In this document: in pieces, positions 29,044-39,800 of the stretch | Layout of the letters: each line of letters begins with the position of its first letter | Position numbering within the stretch: position 1 is the stretch's first letter | Source of the DNA: a virus | Lineage: Duplodnaviria; Caudoviricetes | Length of the DNA stretch: 45,283 bases | IMG/VR virus record: IMGVR_UViG_3300032270_001188 | Location: 1 to 45,283 of that record | Strand: one strand, 5' to 3' | Position numbers and translations under genes: made by a program | The notes under the pieces: generated by a model | Seen by the model: only the letters and a program-made list of their open reading frames with translations | Database searches by the model: none | What the model was told of the DNA's origin: nothing

Positions 29044-29694
29044 CTACTTCTGAAAGCTAAGTCGCGTTGCTTCTGTAAGTAAATCTTGAAGTTGGTTGAG
29101 TGTCGCATCATTCGGCCGCCTTGGTTTTGGAGCATTGCTAGAAATGCTTGCCCAAAATTCGTTGAGCTGAGAACGCTTTGACTCATCAAGACCCTTGCTG
29201 ACACTCACGAAACTTTCCCAAACTTGAGTAGATTCATCCACTGGTGCGTCCATCGCCATTTCAATTTCGATGGCCTCGTCGCTTCGTGCAAGATAGAGAC
29301 CAACACCAAGTGTTTGTACTGCTTTCTTGAGTGCATCAGAAACAGCGCCCTTGACCTCGTCACCGTAATCAACAGCAAGACCAGTTGCTTTGATCCGTTT
29401 GATCTTTTGTCCACCGACACCATCTCGGCTAACTTCTTTTCCATCAATCGTGGTAATAACAGTTACGTGAGCAACGATTGAATCGCCGATTTCGGTGTAG
29501 CCCTTAATTGAGAACGACCAGTTTTCAACACCAAGAACTTTGTTCATGCGATTGATGACTTCGCTCACTGGAATATAGGTAAGGTTGGTTCCACCCTTGT
29601 TGAGTGTCCTTTCCATTTCCTGTGGGAAAGCCTCAGAAAGTGGACCGTAAACGTCCTTGCGCTCTTTCTTTTCTGGTTGAATTGATTCACTCAT
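29044..29694 (-). CDS. Rad52/22-family (Sak-like) single-strand annealing protein
   Basis: LTYIPVSEVINRMNKVLGVENWS...RDGVGG...KGAVSDALKKAVQTLGVGLYL; likely start ATG 29694. Confidence 0.88.
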   Translation of the reverse strand: MSESIQPEKKERKDVYGPLSEAFPQEMERTLNKGGTNLTYIPVSEVINRMNKVLGVENWSFSIKGYTEIGDSIVAHVTVITTIDGKEVSRDGVGGQKIKRIKATGLAVDYGDEVKGAVSDALKKAVQTLGVGLYLARSDEAIEIEMAMDAPVDESTQVWESFVSVSKGLDESKRSQLNEFWASISSNAPKPRRPNDATLNQLQDLLTEATRLSFQK

Positions 29695-30220
29695 CGTATG
29701 TTCCTCCATATGGTTGTCTTACTATTACACTCATGCGCGAATCGCCGGATTCGCAGTAATTATCAACGTTTATGCCCAATTTTTCTAGTTGTGTGACTTT
29801 CCAGTACGAGGGCTGGACGTAGTTAATCATGTCTTTCGCCAACTGCTCAGGGTCAACCCTTACTTCGCCAGTATCCATGTCAATGGACATTCTGTGCAGT
29901 TTTTGCGCCACGGCGCTGGCCAAGTCTTTGTGTTGCCACTTGCTTCGTTTCTTGGAAAAGTTTTTCTCAACTTCGCCACCAGTAGCTAGAAGAACTTTGT
30001 CGTCTTTCATTGCTGACCCGACTCGTAGAGCAAAAGAGTCATAGACGAATTTGAGGCTTGCTTTGTTTCTGTTGAAGGCAGCAAGCACTTCACAGGCTTC
30101 CTCTTGTGGCGGCGATCCTGCTAGATAATCATTCAATCGACCCTCTAGGTCATTGAGTTTTTCGGCGAAGTCGTCAAAAAGGAGGTTGGCAATAGTAGGC
30201 GTGGTATCCATGTCCCTCAC
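29687..30220 (-). CDS. Hypothetical protein (177 aa)
   Basis: Co-oriented ORF between terminase and annealase. Confidence 0.55.
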   Translation of the reverse strand: MRDMDTTPTIANLLFDDFAEKLNDLEGRLNDYLAGSPPQEEACEVLAAFNRNKASLKFVYDSFALRVGSAMKDDKVLLATGGEVEKNFSKKRSKWQHKDLASAVAQKLHRMSIDMDTGEVRVDPEQLAKDMINYVQPSYWKVTQLEKLGINVDNYCESGDSRMSVIVRQPYGGTYDE

Positions 30221-30246
30221 AATATTTAGGTGCTAGTAGAACTTAC

Positions 30247-31569
30247 CTAAACGACAATACTGGCTCTTTTGCGTTGTGGCAACCCCAAACCCGTAAGATA
30301 TCCAAAGGCACCAGTAACCGAGTCAACTTGGTCGTCGTGGTCTGCTGCTTCCGGGAAGGTGGAAAGTTCGTCCAGCCAGTCGGTCAACCAAGGAGCTCGT
30401 AGGACCCTGATATTACCATTTGCTGCCGCCGCGGCGAACGGGCGAGCTCTAGTCACCTTGTCACCAGTTGACCTAATCCCAACAAAATCATACCCAGAAA
30501 GCACATATCGGGCATATTGGTCAATAAGAGCCTTGCCAGACGACCCAGGCTCTTGTTCCATCCGAATTGCCACGCTCGGCCCATCCTCTATGGCTGTCTG
30601 TCGAATCAGGTTTTCAACCTTCTCGCCCTTGACCCTGGCCCTCTTGACATCAAGAACCCAAGCAACACCGTTATCAAATAACATAAGGGTTCCAACGGTC
30701 CAGTCGGGGTTAGGGTTGGACTGGCTTGGCTCCGTTGCCGCCAAGTCCCAAAAGCGCACAGCCCGCGCCGAACTGGTCACTAGGGGTATTTCGTGCTGGT
30801 CAACCACGACAAAAGACGTTCTGTCAAATAGCGAACCAAGGGTGGTCGCCCACCAGTCGCCTTCCTCAAGTCTTCGCCTCTCAAGGGGGTCTAGGGCCTG
30901 TAGGGACCGACGGTATGAAGCGGCATCGATTCCTGGGTTGTCGGTCAAAAGGGACGGCACGAATATCCGATTTTCGGTCTTTCCTTCAACGATAAATCTC
31001 TGGCGAACCCAGTTGGGGGCAGGGTTTGAGGCCGCCCTCATTCGCAATGGAACATCCGAGAGAGCGCCGCTTACTGGTCGTCGTAGTCGAGAAAACAAAT
31101 ACCTGTAATCGCCTTCTCTGATTTCGGTGACTTCGTCCATTCCTATGAACTGGAATTCCGAACCCTTGTATCTGAGGTAGTCCCCCGTGTTGTTGAGGTA
31201 CCCGAAGGATATTCTGGCCCCAGAGGGAAAGGTGGCGATAAAACTGTTGTTGTTCCAGTGGACATCATCGTAGTTTGATATCCATTGGCGAAATCTGTCC
31301 ATGAGGGCGCCAGGGAGTGACAAGTCGGCGAATGTCCGTCTGAAAAGAATTGCCGAATAGTTAGGGACATCCACATACTGAAGCGCTGCCATTAAGAGGG
31401 CAGATGATTTTCCTCCACCGGCGGCACCACCGAAAAGCGCCTCAAGCGAGTAGCACCGCAAAAAAACCTTCTGCGTTAGCGAAGCTTCTTCTGGACAATA
31501 CGACGGAGCCTTGGGTTCCAAATAATCTATTACTTTTTGCCAATCTGCCATTCGTTCTTCCTCTATCAA
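30247..31569 (-). CDS. terL: Terminase large subunit (440 aa)
   Basis: Walker A GGAAGGGKS, Walker B IGMDE, ASNP coupling motif, nuclease WDLA and DDQVDS. Confidence 0.95.
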   Translation of the reverse strand: MIEEERMADWQKVIDYLEPKAPSYCPEEASLTQKVFLRCYSLEALFGGAAGGGKSSALLMAALQYVDVPNYSAILFRRTFADLSLPGALMDRFRQWISNYDDVHWNNNSFIATFPSGARISFGYLNNTGDYLRYKGSEFQFIGMDEVTEIREGDYRYLFSRLRRPVSGALSDVPLRMRAASNPAPNWVRQRFIVEGKTENRIFVPSLLTDNPGIDAASYRRSLQALDPLERRRLEEGDWWATTLGSLFDRTSFVVVDQHEIPLVTSSARAVRFWDLAATEPSQSNPNPDWTVGTLMLFDNGVAWVLDVKRARVKGEKVENLIRQTAIEDGPSVAIRMEQEPGSSGKALIDQYARYVLSGYDFVGIRSTGDKVTRARPFAAAAANGNIRVLRAPWLTDWLDELSTFPEAADHDDQVDSVTGAFGYLTGLGLPQRKRASIVV

Positions 31570-31618
31570 CTATGCTTGATTGTATCGTAAAATGTAATAT
31601 CACCAAACGGGGGTTTAA
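31570..31618. promoter_or_regulatory. Divergent promoter region between terL and the portal operon
   Basis: 49-bp AT-rich gap; TACAAT on minus (31579-31584) and TAAAAT on plus (31588-31593) are back-to-back -10-like hexamers. Confidence 0.45.
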
Positions 31619-31789
31619 ATGCACAAAATAAAAGTGTTCCTAAGCAACCGATCAAACCTTGCTAATATACTAATGGCTTCCTTTGTCATTCTAACTGCAG
31701 TAGGTGCTGGTATAATTTTTCCTCCAGCAGGTTTAATAATTGCAGGGGTTTGTTGTGGCCTGGTCGGACTCCTCCTTGGACTTGAGTAA
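31619..31789 (+). CDS. Small two-helix membrane protein preceding the portal (56 aa)
   Basis: Below the track cut-off. MHKIKVFLSNRSNLANILMASFVILTAVGAGIIFPPAGLIIAGVCCGLVGLLLGLE*; such small hydrophobic genes often precede HK97-type portals. Confidence 0.7.
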   Translation: MHKIKVFLSNRSNLANILMASFVILTAVGAGIIFPPAGLIIAGVCCGLVGLLLGLE

Positions 31790-31792
31790 TTA

Positions 31793-33805
31793 ATGGCTTG
31801 GAACACATACACAAATAAATCTGTTGCCGGAAACGGGAGCAAGGCACTCGTTGGGCCCGGAGCACCTATTGCTCAAAATCTTGGATTTGTTGGAAAGTCC
31901 TACAAAGACTCATGGGACATTGAACGCGCATACCGAGAGGGAATGCAACGCGTTACTTGGGTGGCTCGCTGTATTGACGTAATTGCTGGTAATCAAGCAC
32001 GATTACCCATAATTCTTCGCAAGGACAATTCCCCAGACGGTCAGATTCTTTCTGACGAAAAAATGGGAAAGTCATCACTGCTTGAAGTTTTGAACACGAA
32101 ATCAAACATTGGCGAAAATGCTTTCATATTTAGGTACAGAATCTCGGCGCAGTTGTTGCTCGGAACGCGTGGTGTTTTCATTGAAAAAGTGAGAGGCCGA
32201 GACGGTGGAATCATTGGCTTGAATTTGCTTCCACCCCAATCAACTGCTCCAATACCAGATGCAAAGAAATTTGTTTCTGGCTATGAAGTATCTCTTCCGC
32301 AAGGACAGATAGTCACACTAAGACCAGAGGATGTGGTTTGGATTCGTCGACCGCACCCGCTTGATCCGTACCTCTCAATGACACCAATGGAAGCGGCTGG
32401 CGTGGCCATTGAGATTGAGAACTTTGCCAAACTTTATAACAGAAACTTCCTAATGAATGATGGCAGACCTGGTGGTTTGCTTGTCGTTCGCGGACACCTT
32501 GATGACGAAGACAAAGAAGAACTGAGAAATAGGTTCAGAGGCAACTTATCTCGGGCTGGGCAAACAACGGTACTTGCCGCAGACGATGGTGCTGAATACG
32601 TGGATGTCGGTGCTTCACCACGAGATGCTGCATACATCCAAATGAGGCAAATAACCAAGGAAGAAATACTTGCTTCGTTTGGTGTTCCTGAAACGGTTAT
32701 TGGAAATGCTTCTGGTCGCACATTCTCGAATGCTTCTGACGAAATACGAGTGTTCTGGACGGAAACAATGCTTCCTCACCTTGAGCCAATAGCAAGGTCT
32801 TTGGATGAACTAGATGATGTCAATTACGTTGACTTTGACACCAGAGAAGTACCAGTACTGATGCTTTACAAGCAAGAGCGGGAAAGATACCTCAGTGATG
32901 AGTTTTCTCGTGGTTTGATCAGTCTCAACGAATACCGACTTGGCAGTGGACGCAAAGTCGTTGACTCTGACCTCGCTGATTCGCTGTTAATGAATCCAAA
33001 CCTCACCCCAATCGGCAACACCAAAAAGAAGATGGAGTCACCACCGATGATGGCTGGCGGACCACCTCAGGGCGCCGTTCCCGGAATGGGTGGCGAAGCT
33101 ATGCCGCCAGGAATGCCAGGTATGCCAGGTGCTGAGGCACCACCAGGGGCACCACCAGCCCCACCGGGAGGCGCAGAGCCAGACACGATGGCAGGAGCAA
33201 TCGCCGCAGCGATGCAGCAGGCAAATCCATCTGGAGCCACAGATGTACCAATGGCAACGGCGGCAGAAGCACCGATTGGTCAAGTGCCAATGGAAGTCAA
33301 GACGGCTGACACTGAAAGATCAATTGAGAGATGGTCCGAAATTCTTGGACGATCACTTGAGAGGGTTATTGAGCGTCAACAGAGAGTTGTGATGGAGAAA
33401 TCCATGGGAGCAAAAACAAAGAAGGCTCTATCGGCTGGAACAATGGATGTTCAGTCAGTATTCAACATGGATGTTTGGCAGAAACAGTTAGAGGATGATG
33501 TTAGACCAGTCTTGTTCGCCATCATTCAAGATGCCGCCGAGACGGCTGGACTTCCCAAGCCAGACAAGAAAGACATGGTTATTGCATCCACCGAAAGCCT
33601 TGTTCAACTGCAAACCCTCAACGAGCAGATTGAAAAAGACATAGGAACGGCAATCAAGTCTGCCCTCGGTTTCTTTGGTGACGATTCAAGGGTGGCTTCT
33701 TTCAAAGAAACGCTAATTGAAAGTTATGCGCAACTTGATGCCAAGGACAGATACGCCATCACATCTCATGTGACCTCATCGCTCTGGAGTCAATTCAGTA
33801 ATTAG
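31793..33805 (+). CDS. HK97-family portal protein with Pro/Gly/Met-rich linker and C-terminal helical extension (670 aa)
   Basis: VARCIDVIAGNQARLP, LLLGTRGVF, NFLMNDGRPGG, EEILASFGVP, NRSNA-like GRTFSNA, ISLNEYR motifs. Confidence 0.92.
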   Translation: MAWNTYTNKSVAGNGSKALVGPGAPIAQNLGFVGKSYKDSWDIERAYREGMQRVTWVARCIDVIAGNQARLPIILRKDNSPDGQILSDEKMGKSSLLEVLNTKSNIGENAFIFRYRISAQLLLGTRGVFIEKVRGRDGGIIGLNLLPPQSTAPIPDAKKFVSGYEVSLPQGQIVTLRPEDVVWIRRPHPLDPYLSMTPMEAAGVAIEIENFAKLYNRNFLMNDGRPGGLLVVRGHLDDEDKEELRNRFRGNLSRAGQTTVLAADDGAEYVDVGASPRDAAYIQMRQITKEEILASFGVPETVIGNASGRTFSNASDEIRVFWTETMLPHLEPIARSLDELDDVNYVDFDTREVPVLMLYKQERERYLSDEFSRGLISLNEYRLGSGRKVVDSDLADSLLMNPNLTPIGNTKKKMESPPMMAGGPPQGAVPGMGGEAMPPGMPGMPGAEAPPGAPPAPPGGAEPDTMAGAIAAAMQQANPSGATDVPMATAAEAPIGQVPMEVKTADTERSIERWSEILGRSLERVIERQQRVVMEKSMGAKTKKALSAGTMDVQSVFNMDVWQKQLEDDVRPVLFAIIQDAAETAGLPKPDKKDMVIASTESLVQLQTLNEQIEKDIGTAIKSALGFFGDDSRVASFKETLIESYAQLDAKDRYAITSHVTSSLWSQFSN

Positions 33806-33826
33806 ATATAGTAATTACTGAATTGA
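33790..33826. repeat. Perfect 15-bp inverted repeat with 7-nt spacer over the portal stop
   Basis: TCAATTCAGTAATTA-gatatag-TAATTACTGAATTGA. Confidence 0.85.
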
Positions 33827-33895
33827 TATTATTAGTTGCTGTAAACCCCACTAGTACTGGTTTATCATTGCTGAGCAAGCAACACACAAGGCAGG

Positions 33896-36800
33896 ATGAT
33901 GGACAATCTTCTTTTCAAATCAGGCAATAGTGGTCAAGTAAATGTTGACCAAGCACAAGGAATAGTTGAGTGCTTTGTCGCTGGAATCGGAAACAAAGAT
34001 TCTGTTGGTGACATCGTCGTAACTGGTGCTTTTGCCAAAAGTTTGCTGAGACGAAAGCCGCGAGTTGTTTGGGGACATTCATGGAATGACCCAATCGGAA
34101 AAGTTCTTGAGATGTACGAGGTTCCAGTTGGGGATTCTCGCCTGCCTGTCAAAATGCGAAATGCTGGCATTGGCGGTCTTTATGCAAAAGTTCAATTCAA
34201 CCTGCAGTCCGAAAAAGGAAAAGAAGCATTCGCCACGGTTGCTTTTTTTGGCGAAGACCAAGAGTGGTCAATCGGATACAAAACCATTGACTCCATATTT
34301 GATCCAAACCTTCAAGCAAACGTTCTAAAAGAATTAGAACTGTACGAGGTGTCCCCAGTTCTCCATGGTGCGAATCAGTTGACCGGAACAATCTCAATCA
34401 AGGCAGACGAAAAAGGTCACATGCCAATCATCCCTATGCAGGGTGGGGGTATGCCGATGATGCCTCTGATGGATCAGATGCCAAGAATCGTTGTTGTGGC
34501 TGCACCCAACGACCAACAGGATGAATCAAGCACTGACAATCCGTTCGCAGAAGGCATGTCACGCGAACTAGGACAGCCAGACAAAAACACACTGCAAGCA
34601 GAACTCACGGATCGAACTGGTTCGCAAATTGAAGTTATGAATGCAACAGAAAATATTGTTGTATTCCGACGCACTACCTCTGATGGCAAAGCCTCTATGT
34701 ATCGTCTCCCATATCACAAAGAGGGAAATCTTTACATGTTTGGAAAACCAGAGCCCTATGCGGCCGAGGCACCACAACCGCAAACCATGCAGGGCATTGA
34801 GCAGAAACCCGGCGCACCAGTTGTGGTTCCGAACGGCGGTATTGCATATCGCAACGATGACCAGCAAGAAATGATGAATTTGTTTGGAAACAATGGTGTT
34901 GTTCCATTTGAGAAATCAGATGTATCACACCTCATTGAGTTGCCAGAGTCTTACATGTCAGAAGCAAAGGATTATTTGAATCCTGTTTTGCGCCACCACA
35001 AGTTGGCTGGTCGACCAAGTTCAAAGGGAATCATCATTGATGGTCTCTTGACTGCAAATGCACTTGATGCACTTCAGAATGCCGTGAAGGCACTTGGTGC
35101 AACGATTGGTCAATCAATCGGAAAAGTTCGTGACCTTGCACAAACATTTAATCCTTACGCACTTGACGGCGACGGAGACGGATTCGTGCAAGACGGCAGC
35201 GCATTCCAACGCCCATACATTCCAATCAAGAAGGCAGGCTTTGACCTTCCCGATGTCCGTGGTCGTAAGCGCAGTGGAGACTCGCTTCTTGATAAGCCAA
35301 AAGCAACACCAAAGTTGCCTAAGGATAAAAACACTTGGACACGAGCTCAACGCAACGATGCTTTGACATCGGGAATGATGGAACCAGAAACACGTGAGGA
35401 TCTTGCGTTCCTTGCCAATCGTCGTCCAGAGAATGAAGGTGTTGCCAAGTATTGGGATATGTCGGAAGCCGACCTCACTGTAGAGGGGAACAAATTAGTA
35501 AACGCTCGCAGGCAAGCCACAGGGGCAGAGAAGGAAAAGATTGACGACGAGCTGCTCAAGGTGTCCCATGACTTCCAACGTCGCGCTTCCTACTCTGAAA
35601 CATTCGGACAAGAATTTGTTCCTCCAGCAAAACGAGAGATGCCTGCTGACATGGTGCCAGAGGCCGACAAGCCGAAGCCAGCAAGTAGACCAACCGATGA
35701 TCTGAGTGCCGAAGTACTTGCCGAAAGAAGAAGAGAGCGCGACCTTGATAGACAGGCCGAGGCTGCAATTGACCAAGCCCTTGAGCAATACATCGAAGAA
35801 TACGGCGAAGATGCTCCTGTCCCTGGCTTTGCATCTAGTGGAGAGAAACCGTTCACCAATACAGAAGTATTAATGGAAGTTGCTCGTCGTGACGGCTGGA
35901 AAGGTGGCGACAGACAGCCATCAAAGACTTCCTACGACAAGGCAAACGAAGCACTGAATGATTGGAATAACCTCAGCGACGAAGAGCGTGCTAATTTCCT
36001 TGACGACGACGAACTTACCATTGAACAGTTTGTGGATGAATTGCTTGAAATGCGCGATGTCAGACTGTCCAAAGAAAAAGAAGTCAGAAAGTTACGAACC
36101 GATGCTGAAAAGAAGCGTCGCTCCGACGAGGCTGGAAAAGTCAAGAAATTTGCTCAGGGCGATTTGTCGGGTGTGGAAACAAACGGTCTCCTAGATGTCC
36201 TCGGTGACGACACAGATGATTACGGTAATGCCAGCAATCTTTCTGTGAAATTCAGAAATTATGCACAGCAAAACTGGAAAGAAATGTCTCAAAAAGAGAG
36301 AGACACAGCAATGCGTGATAGCAACACCGTTGTTGATGACCCAGACTCGGTCGTTGAAACACTTAGAGACGCACTCATGGAATATGGATATAAAAATCCA
36401 AAATATAAAACATTCCTTGACGATCTGCAATCTATCGTAGATGAAGAAAACGAAATGTCAAGTGGCCTTGCATCGGGGGGTGGCGATGAACGAGCAGCCG
36501 AACTTGGACGTGGTGGCCGATTGGGATCCCGACCAGACGATGCCGAGTATCGCCGCGAGCAAGCAAAACAGAGAGAAAAAGAAAGCATTGAGCGAGAGGA
36601 CGACAGCAAATTCGTCAAGGCGTTTGATGCAGTTCTTGACAAGTACTTCCAGATGTGGGGATTTTATGCTCCAGATGAAGATGACAAGGGCTGGGATGAG
36701 CCTTTCGGTTTTGCCAGTCGTGGAAAAGACGAGGAAGTAAAGCAAGAAAAGCTTGATGAACTTGTTGAGGGCGTGAGAGTACGTTTGCTTGCCGAACTAG

Positions 36801-39800
36801 AAACTGCCGACCCAGCAACATGGAAGCCATCGTGGCGAAACGATGCGCTTCCGATCAATGCAACTACTGGAAAACCATACAGAGGATTTAATGCATTCTG
36901 GCTGATGTTGCGCGCAAAAGGCGAGCAATACAAGACTGGAAGATACGCAGGGTTCAATCAACTAAAAGCCCGTGGTGCCCAAGTTCGCAAGGGTGAAAAA
37001 GGTGTACCTATTCTTAGACCACAATTGGTGCAGGTTACGGATGACGAAGGAAATGTAAAAGAGTTCGTCAAATTCCGTGGCACCACCGTATTCAACATTG
37101 ATCAAGCAGATGGCGGAGACGAAGAGCTCAGGGCAATTCCAGCAGATTTGCCAGAAGAGCAACGCATCGCAATACTTGACACAACGATTTCCGAACTTGG
37201 CATAGATGTTCGCACTGAGAATGAGACACCGCACTACAGCCCGACTGAGGATTACATCTCAATGCCCGAGTTTGCAAAGGGTACGAGTCCACTTGAATGG
37301 AGTTCAACCCTCGCACACGAAACTGTCCACTGGACTGGTGGTGCAAGTCGTCTCAATAGACCGAGTGTTGCAAAGTACGGAACCGACAAATCAATTCGTG
37401 CATACGAAGAACTAGTTGCCGAAATTGGTTCAGCAATGCTTCTCGCCGCACACGGTATTGAGGCTCCATTCCGCCAAGATCACGCGCCTTACATCAAGGG
37501 TTGGTTGAAACTACTCACAGATGACCCAGACGCGCTTGGTCGGGCATTCAAGGATGCTCAAGCAGCCCTAAACCATTTGCTGGAAAAGTCACCCAACCTT
37601 CGCAAGTTATTCGGAGGCTTGGACAACGGCAAGAAGGCACCAGATGTTGATGCACCGGACATGGCTGAAGCACTGGTCGGTGCGAGCGATGGTTTTGCAT
37701 CACTACACAGAGTGCGCACACCAAGGAGCGAAGCACTAACTGGAATTCTCTACGACGACAACAGCAAAGACTTGATGGTTGGTTTTCAAAAGGGTAAGCC
37801 GTGGGACAAGCTCGGTCAAGCAGAGCAAGAGAACTGGATTGAAAAAGCCACAGAGGAAAGCAGGGATAGGGGCGGACTTTCATCTCCAGCAGAAATCCTT
37901 GATCTTGCTAGAGACGCTTACGATGATTCACGCGACACCGGTTGGTATGTCTATTCAGATGTCACCATGGATGAAGTTGAAGAACTTGCTGCAGTAAAAA
38001 GCAAGGGCAAGCACATCAATGCCCTAAAGAAACTCAAGACGGCTCGCAAGGCGACCGAAGAGGACAGTTTCAACTTCTTTGGCAGAGATGAACGCGTTCA
38101 GGATGTTGCAAAGGCTAAATCAACAGACGGTTTTGCCTCACGTGGTGGAAACGACAACTTGATTGTTGATAAAGACCCACGAACAGGTCGTGTAACTATT
38201 AGTGCAATGGTCACAGGTGACCGTGGTGCCAGCGAAGAGAATCGCGGAACGCGGCGAATGAGAGTCATAGTTGCTGGCGGCTCAATAACCGAAGCAAAAA
38301 GAAATTTCAGAAACCGAATGAAGGAAGATAAGGTTTCGTTTGCTGGCGAAAGTGATGGATTTGCCTCGCGCGGTGCTGCCGAGCCAAACGAAGGGTTGCG
38401 TCGACACAAGTTGATGCCAGCCGAAGTACGCAAAAACATGCCAGACCTTTACTCAACAGAAGATGTTCCACTAGAGGAAAAAGTATTGGCAGCGAAGTTC
38501 TTCTCGCCATACTCCAACTGGACATGGTATGCAGTTGAGTTTGACGGCGAAGATACATTCTTTGGCTATGTAGAGGGATTTGAAAATGAGTGGGGCAACT
38601 TCTCGCTAAACGAAATCGCTGGGGCAACACTTGGTGGTTCGCTTCCCGCAGTTGAGCGCGACACAAGTTTTAGACCAATCAAGTTTGGAGACTTCAACAA
38701 GGGCGATGGTTTTGCTTCGTCTGGATCAAAGAAACTTGGAGTGGAACCTCGCTTCCAGGATTCTGACTGGGTTGGTAAAACACAACAGCGCATCCTTCGC
38801 AGTGGCATTGATTTCCAAAGTCTCCCAGAAAACGACAGAATTGATTGGGCAAACTCATTCCTTGACGAGTGGCTCAGAGAAAATGACATGGGTTACGGTT
38901 TGTCGGATGTTGCCAACGGCAAGAGGATCAACAAGCGCCCAGATATTGATTTGCTCAACTATGCCGAAGATGCCTATGCTCGCATGTCTGATCAACATGC
39001 CTCAAAGCGAGCACAGTTTGGCGAAGAAACTCAGGGTCTTGCTTCTGTTGGTAGCCGAACGAGACGCCTTGGTATTCAGCCAAGCCAAGCAGTTGACTAC
39101 GTTTCATACGACCCCGATTCAGAGAGCCTGTTCGTTGCTTACAAGCGCGAAGATGGCCGTGGGGATATGTATGTCTACGAGGGCGTCAACATGGATGACG
39201 CAATTGAAATTGAGAATGCCAATAGTGTTGGTAGGGCAATCAACGACATCAAGCGTCGCAAGAACGTGCGCAAGGCAACACCAGATGAAGTCATTGGGCT
39301 ATCAGGTTCAGAAGACAAAGCAGGCAAAGCACTAAGAAGAAGAAAAGGCGTAAATACCGCCACAGCAGTATTTGATGATGCACGGCACAGCAAGAACAGA
39401 GATGTTCAGTTGGAAATCAATGCCGACAGAATAACCGTAGATGATGATGGATCCGCAATCTGGACATCAGCAGATGACACGATGCGCTATGCGATCAGCA
39501 TGGATGCCGACGGTGGATACACGGTTACTTCTGAGAAACTCCGCAGTGGTGGCAGGGATGAACCCGATGAATTTGAAACAGTTTCATCGGTACGAACGGA
39601 CAGTCAACCAGATGCAATAACTGCCCTCTTTGATGCCGCAAAGAGCAAGATCGCTGGCGACATCGAAGAGCAAGAACTTGATCGCGAACTCGCTGAGGCG
39701 AAGCGCGAACTAGACATGAGTGGAGATGCCCCAGGAGTCATATCGCTTGATGTGACCTACTCATCAGCACTTGATGCTGTTGACTATAACCCGAGCACTC

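Noticed and set aside
30269-31108. 279-aa antisense ORF over terL
   Set aside because: No recognisable motif; fully antisense to a conserved gene.
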